A stretch of 31,246 bases of DNA from a virus. Its lineage: Duplodnaviria; Caudoviricetes. A program made the translations under genes and the position numbers. This document shows positions 1 to 8,781 of this stretch, one piece after another. Position 1 is the first letter of the stretch, and each line of letters opens with the position of its first letter. The notes below the pieces were generated by a model. That model had not been told where the DNA came from and made no database searches. It was given only the letters and a program-made list of their open reading frames with translations. The stretch lies in the IMG/VR virus record IMGVR_UViG_3300021960_000319, positions 1 to 31,246 of that record; one strand, written 5' to 3'.

Positions 1-1
1 G

Positions 2-1153
2 CGTGTTTCTACAGGATTGATCAAAGGTGAAAAACTATCAACTGCTGTAGGTAAAGGTCTAAAAGCCGCCGCGGTAGGATGGCTAGCTGGTTTTACCATG
101 GATAAGATCGGAGATGCGATAGAAGGCATAGCACAGACACTCAATCCTGTTCCTATAGATGGTAGCGAATTTTACCATAGTATCCAGATGGGAACTGGCA
201 AACTTGGAATCATGAAGAACATAGACATCTACGGTACTCCTAAAGAATTGGAACAGTTTTCTTCAGTGTTTGACAGTGCTGTGGCACAATGGAGGAGTGA
301 AAATTACGGTACAGCGTGGAAATTGTTCGATCAAGCCCAAAAAATCGCAACAGCCGCTACAGAAGCAAATGAACTTAAAATGTTACAAGGTATAGATCCT
401 GCTAAATCAGCGGCTGATCTCGCAAAATTCTTTGATGGATTATCGGCGGCCGCACAAGGCGCCGCGACAGGTGCTACTGCTATGGACAAGGAAGGCAAAC
501 CCGTGAAAGGTGATGCCAAAGAATCTGTGATCCTACAGCAACGTCCTTTATCAGAAGGACAGGTATATCTAGTGTTCCAGAGATTAGACGAAGGACCGTT
601 CGACGCTATCAAAAAAGTAGCGGGCAAGGCCGCAGGAGCGGTAGGTGGTGCTATAGCCAAAGGTGCGCAGAAAGTCGGTACAGCACTGACACAGAAAAAC
701 ACAGCACAGGGATTGGCCAAAGCGTGGACCAAAGCAGGTTCACCTACAGACTCAGACGAATTATATAAATTCTTGCTCGCACAGAAAATCAACAAAGATG
801 CCTTAGATAAGATCTACGGTGATATGAAATTCCCCGTACCGCAAAACGTGCAAGAACCTGAAGCAGAACCAGAAGTCACAGGTGGCGATGTTACAGGTGC
901 AAAACCCAGTACTGCTACTGCTACGGACACTGATGCAGAACCAGAAGACGACACGATGAAACGTGCGGCGGGTACTCCAGGTGCTCCAGATGATTTCAAA
1001 CAGGCCGCTGGTGCCACGTCAGGTGGTGGTAATGTAGTCCAGATGCCTAGACAGGTTGATCTAAACAAACTGGCACAGGATATCAAAGCACAAGGTCGTG
1101 AAACTGTACAGAAAGTTAAAATACAGCTGACCAAGGATCTCAAATCAGCTTAG
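2..1153 (+). CDS. 5'-truncated hypothetical phage protein, possibly an internal head protein
   Basis: The frame is open from the window edge, so the TTG at 17 is probably not the true start. Ala/Gly/Lys-rich with a low-complexity acidic stretch and L-x-E motifs (LSE, LDE). Its stop overlaps the convergent gene by 4 nt. Confidence 0.6.
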   Translation, partial: RVSTGLIKGEKLSTAVGKGLKAAAVGWLAGFTMDKIGDAIEGIAQTLNPVPIDGSEFYHSIQMGTGKLGIMKNIDIYGTPKELEQFSSVFDSAVAQWRSENYGTAWKLFDQAQKIATAATEANELKMLQGIDPAKSAADLAKFFDGLSAAAQGAATGATAMDKEGKPVKGDAKESVILQQRPLSEGQVYLVFQRLDEGPFDAIKKVAGKAAGAVGGAIAKGAQKVGTALTQKNTAQGLAKAWTKAGSPTDSDELYKFLLAQKINKDALDKIYGDMKFPVPQNVQEPEAEPEVTGGDVTGAKPSTATATDTDAEPEDDTMKRAAGTPGAPDDFKQAAGATSGGGNVVQMPRQVDLNKLAQDIKAQGRETVQKVKIQLTKDLKSA

Positions 1154-1353
1154 AAGAAAGGCAGTCCGGATTTTTTAGTAGTTTCTAGATTCTCTTTGAT
1201 TATTTCGGCAACGATTTCTCGTTCATCGTGGCTAAGATTTATTCCTTCGGAATAAGAAAGTCCTCTCATATACCAGCACATTTTCAAGACTTCTTTCTTG
1301 ATCTCCTTAGCCTCTTTATCCAAGGTTTCGGAATACTGCAAGATCTCCGGCAA
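1150..1353 (-). CDS. gp51-like baseplate/tail assembly module, probably expressed as a -1 frameshift extension of the upstream gene
   Basis: 67-aa ORF directly after the gp26-like gene (LKMCWYMRGLSYSEGINLSHDERE). TTG start with no Shine-Dalgarno. The frame stays open back to the slippery site at 1377-1386. Confidence 0.65.
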   Translation of the reverse strand: MPEILQYSETLDKEAKEIKKEVLKMCWYMRGLSYSEGINLSHDEREIVAEIIKENLETTKKSGLPFF

Positions 1354-1386
1354 GGAGAGGTTTAAGATCTTGCTACGAAAAAATTT
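1338..1386 (-). promoter_or_regulatory. Putative -1 programmed ribosomal frameshift signal
   Basis: In-frame A AAT TTT TTC (1386-1377), then a 9-bp stem GCAAGATCT/AGATCTTGC (1373-1365 with 1346-1338). Confidence 0.75.
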
Positions 1387-2237
1387 GATTGATCCATAGC
1401 TACAGGAACATTGTATTCATTTTCGCAACCGGTACATTTAACATGTTGTGGAGGTAATTCGATCTGTGATTTAATATCTTGCACGTGTTTTGAAATTTTA
1501 TCAAATACTTCGGCCGAACAATTATTGATAAAATCTTTGATCTGATCTTTGTTCGTTGTTAATCCATCTGGAGTTTCTATCTTAACTATACAGTCTGCGA
1601 TAACTTCGACAGTTAATGCTGTTAGTTTTACAAAACCATCGCTAAATTTTTCTAGCTTTTCCTCATCTGACATTTCTTCATTTGATGCTAGATTAACTAA
1701 CTTCTGCTGTTGTAAAGATTTTAATGCTGTTTTAGTCATTTCTTTATAACTGTAAGGTCTTATTTGTACAGAAAGCGGATCTACATTAACAGTGTCTTGA
1801 TATTGAAACGTACCAAATTTTCCCATCCAATCTGTTAGATTGATTAGATATGGATTGTTGTCTCCACATTTAGGACAGATTGCGTTGATTTCCATATCAG
1901 AACCGTAAGTTGCTACGCGGATAGCCATCAGACAGAAATCTATATCTATCGTCGGCATCTGCCACGGATCTTTAATAGCAGGAATACAGCTCTTGATAAT
2001 TTCTACAGTGCTTTGTCCTGATAAAAGTGCATCCGGAGTCTTAAACATTAGCTCGTCTTTGGCCGTCATAGCATAGACAGGATATTCTTGATTAGAGCTA
2101 ACATCAAGACTACCGTTAGGATAAAATCTTCCTTGTGAAGGCAATTTAATATAAATTTTAGGTTGTCTATAGAACTGTGCTAACGGGTTTGTTGGATTCA
2201 TAGACGTTTGCATTTGTTCGTTGGTATTTTGTTCCAC
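1362..2237 (-). CDS. T4 gp26-like baseplate hub subunit / tail assembly chaperone
   Basis: 291 aa with PKIYIKLPSQG, VYAMTAKDELM, DIDFCLMAIRVATYG and two CxxC motifs (CPKC, CTGC), resembling gp26-family proteins. GTG start with upstream GGAG. Confidence 0.75.
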   Translation of the reverse strand: MEQNTNEQMQTSMNPTNPLAQFYRQPKIYIKLPSQGRFYPNGSLDVSSNQEYPVYAMTAKDELMFKTPDALLSGQSTVEIIKSCIPAIKDPWQMPTIDIDFCLMAIRVATYGSDMEINAICPKCGDNNPYLINLTDWMGKFGTFQYQDTVNVDPLSVQIRPYSYKEMTKTALKSLQQQKLVNLASNEEMSDEEKLEKFSDGFVKLTALTVEVIADCIVKIETPDGLTTNKDQIKDFINNCSAEVFDKISKHVQDIKSQIELPPQHVKCTGCENEYNVPVAMDQSNFFVARS

Positions 2238-2249
2238 CTTTTTTCTCCG

Positions 2250-2278
2250 ATAAATACTTTTAAGTTTAAACTATTTAT
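2250..2278. promoter_or_regulatory. Two opposed late-promoter-like ATAAATA motifs
   Basis: ATAAATA on + at 2250-2256 and on - at 2278-2272 in the 68-nt divergent gap. The T4 late consensus is TATAAATA. Confidence 0.55.
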
Positions 2279-2305
2279 GTACGTATATTTCTCGGAAAAT
2301 AATTA

Positions 2306-4624
2306 ATGGCTACAGTTTCAATCGACATCCCTGGTATCGGTACCGTAGAAGCAGAAAACGCCGCTAGTGAATCGACTCTCCGTGAATTAGTCAATCTAAT
2401 GCGTTCCGGAGGTGGCAGTGGTGGTGGATCCGGAGGTGGCAGTGGAACTTCTGCACAAGCTAAATCTACTAAACAATTAATTGAAAAACAACAGAAACAG
2501 AGCCAATCTTTTGATAGATTAAGCAAAGCCTCAGGTATTGCTACCGGTGCTTTATATAAACTTAGTACCTACTCTATAAAATTGGTAAGTGATTTTGCCA
2601 ATGTCGGCGATAGCTTAACTTCAGCCGCTGGAGTATTTTCTAACATTCCGATAGTAGGAGCCGCTTTTAGTGCTGTCGCATCTGCGGCAACATCTGCGGC
2701 AGACGCACTTGTAGCAGGTGCATCGTCAGGAGCCACATTCGACGGTAGTATCCGTACTTTCAGCAGATCTGCTAGTCAAGCAGGAATGACCTTAGATCAA
2801 TTTGGTAGTTTTTTAGCATCTAATGGAGAGGCTTTAGTAGCACTAGGAGGAGAAACTTCAACTGGTGCAAAAAGATTTGCAGATATATCACAAGAATTAA
2901 GACGCACAGGACAAGATCTTTTTGCCTTAGGTTATTCTACACAAGACATTAATCAAGGATTTGCTAACTATGCCAAGCAGTTAAGAATGCAAGGCCTTTC
3001 AGATAGAATGACTAATGCTGACTTGGTTAAAGGGTCAAAAGATTATCTCGAAGAGATGGATGCATTGGCAAAAATTACAGGCCAAGAACGCAAAGCAAAA
3101 GAAGCAGAACGTGAAAGACTATTGAAAGACGCACAGTTCCAAGCATCTATGATCGGCCTGCAAAAAGAGGTCCGTGAAAGTTTCCTAGCTACTGTACAAG
3201 GGTTACCAGAAGGATTACAAAATTTTTCAAAAGACATTCTAGCGGCCGGAACTGCTACTACAGAAGAGAATCAAAAACTATTAGCGTTCTTGCCACAGTC
3301 GGCGGCATTGTTATCTCAGTATAGAGAAAAAATGCAGAGAGGTGAGGAATTAACGATAGAAGAAAGAAATAGATTGAATAATCTAATGAGATCTGAAGCC
3401 GAACAAAATGCTGAACAAATTAAAATTGCAGGTACCTATTCTGCAGAGTTTGCAGGAACAACTAATGCTATGACAGCGGCATTAGGAATACAGTATGATG
3501 GAGTAATAAATGCCACTAAGGCCCAATCAGAAGCACAGGCACAAACAGATGCATTTAATCAATCTGTACAAGAATCTAAAGCCGCACTAGCTGGTTTTAG
3601 TAACGAATTTATGGTAGCATTAGCCGACAGCGGAATTCTTCCAGTAATGATAGACGCATTTTCTACCATAGCTAATATTGTCATGAATAACATTATTCCT
3701 ATCTTTCAAGAATATGGAGGACTATTGGGAGATATAGCATTAGGATTTCTTGTATTAAAAGGTGCTATGCTCGCATATAGTGCTATCACAGGAATAGTAG
3801 CGGCACTAAAAGGAACAGAAGCATTATCTCTGATGGGAGTATTAGTGGCATTAGCACCGTTCGCGGCAGTTGCGGCTTTGGTTGTTGCTGGTACCTATGC
3901 TCTTTATAAAGTATTCGAGGACTTCGGGGGCGATCTTGATGTAATTAAATCAGGAATGAAAATATGGTGGGAAGGATTTAAAGGATTTTTCAATTTGCTA
4001 AAATTAGGATTTTACCAGGTATTAGATTGGATACCTGGTATTGATCTGTCCGATCAGATAGAAATAGTCAAGGGTGACATAGAAGAGAATGTAAAGAACG
4101 CAAGAGATAATGCAACATTTATCAAGGACCGGATGGCAGAAAATGTAGAAGATCGCAAAAAAGGAATCAAAAGAGATCGAGATACTGATAAAAAAGAACA
4201 AACTATAAAAAATAAAGAATTAAAATCTTTAGAATCTACCAATAAAGCTCTTGACAACGAGAGGAAAAAGAGTGTAGACTATAATACTGCGGACACTGTA
4301 TCGCTTTTAGGACAAGAATTAAAAGCACAGAATAGCGGTTTAGCACCTAAAGAACAAGCAAGAAAAGATATGGAAGCAAAAGGTGAAGAAAAAGAAAAAA
4401 TTAAAAATGAAAAAGCTAAACAAGAAGCAGGAAAAAAAGAATCAGCAGGAAAACAACCAGTTAGCGATGAATCTGTAGCAACAGTAGCAGATACATCAGG
4501 TAGAGATCAAAAAAGCAGTAATGAATTATTAGCCGCATTAAATACTAAACTTGATGCATTGTTAAGAGTATCAGGAGCACAATTACAGGTACAACGAAGT
4601 CTAAGTGCAGATATGTTTGCCTAA
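2306..4624 (+). CDS. Tape-measure-like tail protein
   Basis: 772 aa, Ala-rich and helical, with a hydrophobic membrane-like segment near aa 470-535 and a charged C-terminus. Adjacent to the putative frameshifted chaperone pair. Confidence 0.7.
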   Translation: MATVSIDIPGIGTVEAENAASESTLRELVNLMRSGGGSGGGSGGGSGTSAQAKSTKQLIEKQQKQSQSFDRLSKASGIATGALYKLSTYSIKLVSDFANVGDSLTSAAGVFSNIPIVGAAFSAVASAATSAADALVAGASSGATFDGSIRTFSRSASQAGMTLDQFGSFLASNGEALVALGGETSTGAKRFADISQELRRTGQDLFALGYSTQDINQGFANYAKQLRMQGLSDRMTNADLVKGSKDYLEEMDALAKITGQERKAKEAERERLLKDAQFQASMIGLQKEVRESFLATVQGLPEGLQNFSKDILAAGTATTEENQKLLAFLPQSAALLSQYREKMQRGEELTIEERNRLNNLMRSEAEQNAEQIKIAGTYSAEFAGTTNAMTAALGIQYDGVINATKAQSEAQAQTDAFNQSVQESKAALAGFSNEFMVALADSGILPVMIDAFSTIANIVMNNIIPIFQEYGGLLGDIALGFLVLKGAMLAYSAITGIVAALKGTEALSLMGVLVALAPFAAVAALVVAGTYALYKVFEDFGGDLDVIKSGMKIWWEGFKGFFNLLKLGFYQVLDWIPGIDLSDQIEIVKGDIEENVKNARDNATFIKDRMAENVEDRKKGIKRDRDTDKKEQTIKNKELKSLESTNKALDNERKKSVDYNTADTVSLLGQELKAQNSGLAPKEQARKDMEAKGEEKEKIKNEKAKQEAGKKESAGKQPVSDESVATVADTSGRDQKSSNELLAALNTKLDALLRVSGAQLQVQRSLSADMFA

Positions 4625-4638
4625 TAGGAAAATAGCGT

Positions 4639-6342
4639 ATGAGTTGGAAAAAGTTTTTTACACCTGTTAATACAGGAAATCAATCAGGATCGATGAGTCC
4701 CGTCGGTGGTGGCGGTAGAGCAGGTCCTGCACGTTCAAACTATTCGAGTTATCTGCCAGATGTTTATGCTGGTGCACCTAACCGTATTGAAAGATATATG
4801 CAGTATGACACCATGGACATGGATTCAGAGGTCAATGCCGCATTAGATATTCTTGCTGAGTTTTGTACTCAGAAAGATAAGGAGAACGCTACTCCTTTTC
4901 ACACTTACTTCCGTGGTGCTCCAACTGCTACGGAAGTAAAACTTTTAAAAGAAAGTCTTCAAAAATGGGTCAAACAGCAACAATTTGAAACTAGAATTTT
5001 CCGTGTGGTTCGTAATACATTCAAATACGGAGACTGTTTTTTTGTTCGAGATCCAGAGACTAAAAAATGGTTATATGTAGATCAATCTAAAGTTACCAAA
5101 ATTATTGTAAACGAATCAGAAGGTAAGATTCCTGAACAGTATGTGATTAAAGATGTTAACTTTAATTTCAAAGAGTTAATAGCAGTAACTCCTCATGGTA
5201 CATCAAACACATCTCCTAGCGGCACCAGTGCTTATACAACAGGTGGCGGGTTTGGTCGAGGAATGGTTGGAGAAGTTGCTAGACAGACAGGTAGTAGATT
5301 TAGCAATCAACCAAACGAAATTACAGTAGATGCAAAAGACGTTGTGCATATTTCATTAAGCGAAGGATTAGATAACAACTATCCATTTGGTAACTCGTTA
5401 TTAGAATCTGTATTCAAAGTTTACAAACAGAAAGAATTATTAGAAGATGCTATCATCATCTATCGTATTCAAAGAGCACCTGAACGTAGGATTTTTTATG
5501 TTGATGTAGGTAATATGCCAGCACACATGGCTATGAGTTTTGTTGAACGTGTTAAAAACGAGATTCAACAAAGACGTATTCCTAGTGCTACAGGTGGAGG
5601 ACAATCAGTAGTTGATGCATCATACAATCCATTATCGACTAATGAAGATTACTTCTTTCCACAGACAGCAGAAGGACGTGGATCTAAAGTTGAAACACTG
5701 CCAGGTGGTACTAACCTAGGTGAGATCACAGATTTAAGATACTTTACCAACAAGTTATTCCGTGCTTTACGCATACCAAGTAGCTATCTTCCTACAGCAA
5801 TTGACGATTCTGCGAACACTCTAGCAGACGGAAAGGTAGGTACAGCATATATCCAAGAGCTACGTTTCAACAAATATTGTGAAAGATTGCAATCTATGAT
5901 CATTGAAACATTTGACCAAGAATTTAAACTTTGGTTATACGATCAAGGTGTTAATATTGATTCGAGTTTGTTCGAATTAAAATTTAATCCGCCACAGAAC
6001 TTCGCGGCATATAGACAAGCAGAGCTCGATGCGACACGTGCTAACTTATACACAGCGATCGCAGAAGTTCCTTATCTATCTAAACGGTTCGCATTGAAAC
6101 GATTCTTAGGAATGACTGCTGATGAAATTGCAGAAAACGAACGGTTATGGGGTGAAGAAAACGGATCGGGATTACAAGGTACTTCTGAAGCAGGCAAAGA
6201 ATTACGTACAGCAGGAGTTACTCCTGGAGGTATGGCAAATGATATGGCTGATCAAACAGCAGAAGCACCTGAAGATATGGCGGCCGCGGCAGAAGAAGGA
6301 GCCGCTGGCGAAGAAACAACCACTGAACCTCCAGCTCAATAA
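4639..6342 (+). CDS. Portal protein (T4 gp20-like)
   Basis: Motifs LLEDAIIIYRIQRAPERRIFYVDVGNMP, EDYFFP, GRGSKVETLPGG, DLRYF..KLFRALRIPSSYL and ELRFNKY match the gp20 family. Confidence 0.95.
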   Translation: MSWKKFFTPVNTGNQSGSMSPVGGGGRAGPARSNYSSYLPDVYAGAPNRIERYMQYDTMDMDSEVNAALDILAEFCTQKDKENATPFHTYFRGAPTATEVKLLKESLQKWVKQQQFETRIFRVVRNTFKYGDCFFVRDPETKKWLYVDQSKVTKIIVNESEGKIPEQYVIKDVNFNFKELIAVTPHGTSNTSPSGTSAYTTGGGFGRGMVGEVARQTGSRFSNQPNEITVDAKDVVHISLSEGLDNNYPFGNSLLESVFKVYKQKELLEDAIIIYRIQRAPERRIFYVDVGNMPAHMAMSFVERVKNEIQQRRIPSATGGGQSVVDASYNPLSTNEDYFFPQTAEGRGSKVETLPGGTNLGEITDLRYFTNKLFRALRIPSSYLPTAIDDSANTLADGKVGTAYIQELRFNKYCERLQSMIIETFDQEFKLWLYDQGVNIDSSLFELKFNPPQNFAAYRQAELDATRANLYTAIAEVPYLSKRFALKRFLGMTADEIAENERLWGEENGSGLQGTSEAGKELRTAGVTPGGMANDMADQTAEAPEDMAAAAEEGAAGEETTTEPPAQ

Positions 6343-6350
6343 TATAAATA
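6343..6350 (+). promoter_or_regulatory. T4-type late promoter TATAAATA
   Basis: Exact consensus directly after the portal stop and 5 nt before the next ATG. Confidence 0.65.
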
Positions 6351-6355
6351 ATAAT

Positions 6356-6601
6356 ATGCTTCTAAAAGAATTTTTATACTTTAACGATAATAACAACGAT
6401 TTTGCAGTTGATCGACGATATAACAATGCTAACGATAGTAATGTTATTCACAAAGATGATACTCGCAAAATTAGATTAACGTTGGGTCAAATTAATCAAC
6501 TTCGATTACAATCAGAAGCTCACGAAGCAGAACATAAATCAGAGCTGGGTTTCATACAACAGATGTACGCAAATCCAGTTGAAGACCAAACATCAGCCTA
6601 A
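6356..6601 (+). CDS. Small head-module hypothetical protein (81 aa, MLLKEFLYF...)
   Basis: ATG at 6356 avoids the long portal overlap of the 6122 call. Its position corresponds to the small prohead core genes that follow the portal in T4-like phages. Confidence 0.7.
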   Translation: MLLKEFLYFNDNNNDFAVDRRYNNANDSNVIHKDDTRKIRLTLGQINQLRLQSEAHEAEHKSELGFIQQMYANPVEDQTSA

Positions 6602-7217
6602 ACCAGCATTTGTAATAGGAAATGGCAAAAGTCGTCTTGCTATAAATCCTAAATCTCTATTAACTCTAGGAACAGTCTACGGATGTAATGCTCAATATCG
6701 AGAGTTTGATCCTCACGTTTTGATAGCTGTAGATGTTAAAATGGTTAATGAAATTATAAATTCTGGGTATCATTTATCAAACGAAGTGTGGACCAATCCC
6801 AATAAAGGTATAAAAGATAAAAATAGAATTAATTTTTTCTCACCTCACAAAGGATGGAGTTCAGGACCAACAGCACTTTGGCACGCTTGCCGTGAAGGAC
6901 ATCAAGAAATTTATATTCTTGGGTTTGATTATCAAGGAGATGATGGTAAATTTAACAATGTGTATGCTGACACATTTAACTACAAAAAATCAACAGATTC
7001 AGCAACTTATTTCGGAAATTGGTTAAATCAAACAGAAAAAACAATAAAAGAGTTTAGTAATGTAAGATTTAAAAGGGTGATTCAGGAAGGAGCATTCATT
7101 CCAGATAAACTAGGTCCAAAATTATCAAATCTCAAACATATCACATATCAAGAATTTATAGAATTTTTCCAAGATACTATATATACAGACAAAACGATTC
7201 AAAAAAGTACCATTTAA
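6579..7217 (+). CDS. Glycosyltransferase-like protein (DUF115/Maf/MptE-like, GT42-type fold)
   Basis: Motif series AFVIGNGKSR, VYGCN, LIAVD, SSGPTALWHA, EIYILGFDY resembles the GNGPS...GCN...D...SG..A..A...EIYL.G.D pattern of these enzymes. Confidence 0.6.
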   Translation: MKTKHQPKPAFVIGNGKSRLAINPKSLLTLGTVYGCNAQYREFDPHVLIAVDVKMVNEIINSGYHLSNEVWTNPNKGIKDKNRINFFSPHKGWSSGPTALWHACREGHQEIYILGFDYQGDDGKFNNVYADTFNYKKSTDSATYFGNWLNQTEKTIKEFSNVRFKRVIQEGAFIPDKLGPKLSNLKHITYQEFIEFFQDTIYTDKTIQKSTI

Positions 7218-7287
7218 CAACAATAAATAAACTACGTGTTAAATATAAGACGACAGCCAAACCATTAATTTTTTTAAGGAGAAAAAC

Positions 7288-8112
7288 ATGGCAGATAAAA
7301 AAACACTCGAACAGATGTTAGAACATCTTGTTAATGACGAGCAAGACAAAGCAGAAGAACTATTCCACGAATTCGTAGTAGCAAAATCAAGAGAAATCTA
7401 TGAAGAATTAATCGAATCTGAAATCGAAGAAGAAACAAAAGATGAAGAAGTCGAAGAAGCTACAGAAGAAAAAGATGAAGACGAAGTAGATGAAGCAACT
7501 GAAGAATCTGATGAAGATGCAGTTGAAGAAGCTACAGACGAAGATTCAGATGAAGAAACCAACGAAGATTTTGAAGAAATTCCAGTAGAAGCTGACGAAA
7601 TGGGCGGTGACCCAACTGACGACTTAGAAGCAGAATTAGATGCTGACAATGACGAAGACGAAGGCGAAAAAGACGAAGCAGAACTTTTTCAAGACTTAGA
7701 AGAAATCGTTGACGAACTTCAAGCTAAATTTGACGAATTAAAAGGTCAAGAAGCAGGCGAAGAAGCAGAAGAAGAAGGTGAAGAAGAAGCAGAAGAAATG
7801 TTTGCTCCTGAATCAGCTGAAGAAGAATTAGAAACAGTGCGTGAATATGTTGAAAAAGCACCAGCTCCTGTAACATCAGAGCAAGGCGCTGACGCAAAAT
7901 CAACAGTAGCTGGCAAAAACGATATGGGCGGTACAGCATCAAACTTAGCACAAGGCGCAGACGAAAAAGGTCGTCCAGCACCAACAGCTAAAGAACACGA
8001 TGGCGGTAACGTTAATAAACCAGGTTCTAAAGACGCAACTAAAATGTCAAATGAGAAAGGCGCTGGTAAAGAAACAGCGGCTGACAATAAAGACAGTCTT
8101 TTCCGTGGCTAA
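7288..8112 (+). CDS. Acidic prohead core/scaffold protein (gp67-like position)
   Basis: 274 aa, extremely Glu/Asp-rich, strong AAGGAG SD, directly upstream of the protease. Confidence 0.7.
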   Translation: MADKKTLEQMLEHLVNDEQDKAEELFHEFVVAKSREIYEELIESEIEEETKDEEVEEATEEKDEDEVDEATEESDEDAVEEATDEDSDEETNEDFEEIPVEADEMGGDPTDDLEAELDADNDEDEGEKDEAELFQDLEEIVDELQAKFDELKGQEAGEEAEEEGEEEAEEMFAPESAEEELETVREYVEKAPAPVTSEQGADAKSTVAGKNDMGGTASNLAQGADEKGRPAPTAKEHDGGNVNKPGSKDATKMSNEKGAGKETAADNKDSLFRG

Positions 8113-8134
8113 TTAGATAGAGGTTAATTAAACG

Positions 8135-8764
8135 ATGAAAACAACACTAGCGGAACATTTGAGTTTTGACCAGGCTAAGATTGTCTTAGAGAGCGAAGAA
8201 GATAAAGACGGTAAAAAGTCTTTACACCTAAACGGTATTTGCATTCAGGGTGATATCAGGAATGCAAACCAACGTGTTTATTCTTCTGAAGAAATTGGCA
8301 AGGCTGTCAAGACGCTCAACGAACAGATCGCTGGCGGATACTCTGTGCTAGGTGAAGTTGATCATCCGGCAGATTTACGAATCAACCTCGACCGTGTATC
8401 ACACATGATTACAAAGATGTGGATGGACGGACCGAACGGTTACGGAAAACTTAAACTACTACCGACGCCAATGGGTCAATTAATTGAGACTATGTTGTCG
8501 TCGGGAGTAAAATTAGGAGTATCAAGTAGAGGTTCCGGTGAAGTGGACGAAAGCGGCAATGTCAATGGCTTTGAAATTATCACAGTCGATGTAGTTGCTC
8601 AACCATCTGCACCAGGAGCATATCCTACACCAGTATACGAACACCTTATGAATAATCAAGGTGGCTTACAGGCATTAAAAGTGGCAAAAGAAGTTCAAGG
8701 CGACCCACAGGCACAGCGTTACATCAAAGAGAGTTTGGTGAAGATCATCAAAGGACTCAATTAA
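8135..8764 (+). CDS. Prohead protease (T4 gp21-like)
   Basis: GICIQGDIRNANQRVY, LGEVDHP, LPTPMGQ, LGVSSRGSG and DVVAQPSAPGAY match gp21-family motifs. Confidence 0.93.
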   Translation: MKTTLAEHLSFDQAKIVLESEEDKDGKKSLHLNGICIQGDIRNANQRVYSSEEIGKAVKTLNEQIAGGYSVLGEVDHPADLRINLDRVSHMITKMWMDGPNGYGKLKLLPTPMGQLIETMLSSGVKLGVSSRGSGEVDESGNVNGFEIITVDVVAQPSAPGAYPTPVYEHLMNNQGGLQALKVAKEVQGDPQAQRYIKESLVKIIKGLN

Positions 8765-8781
8765 CCAAGTAGGAGAATCAC

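Noticed and set aside
2405-2445. 17-nt direct repeat TCCGGAGGTGGCAGTGG
   Set aside because: Two copies encoding a Gly-Ser linker; not CRISPR-like or regulatory.
6122-6355. N-terminal extension of the 159-aa ORF
   Set aside because: Overlaps the portal by about 220 nt; the ATG at 6356 after TATAAATA is more plausible.
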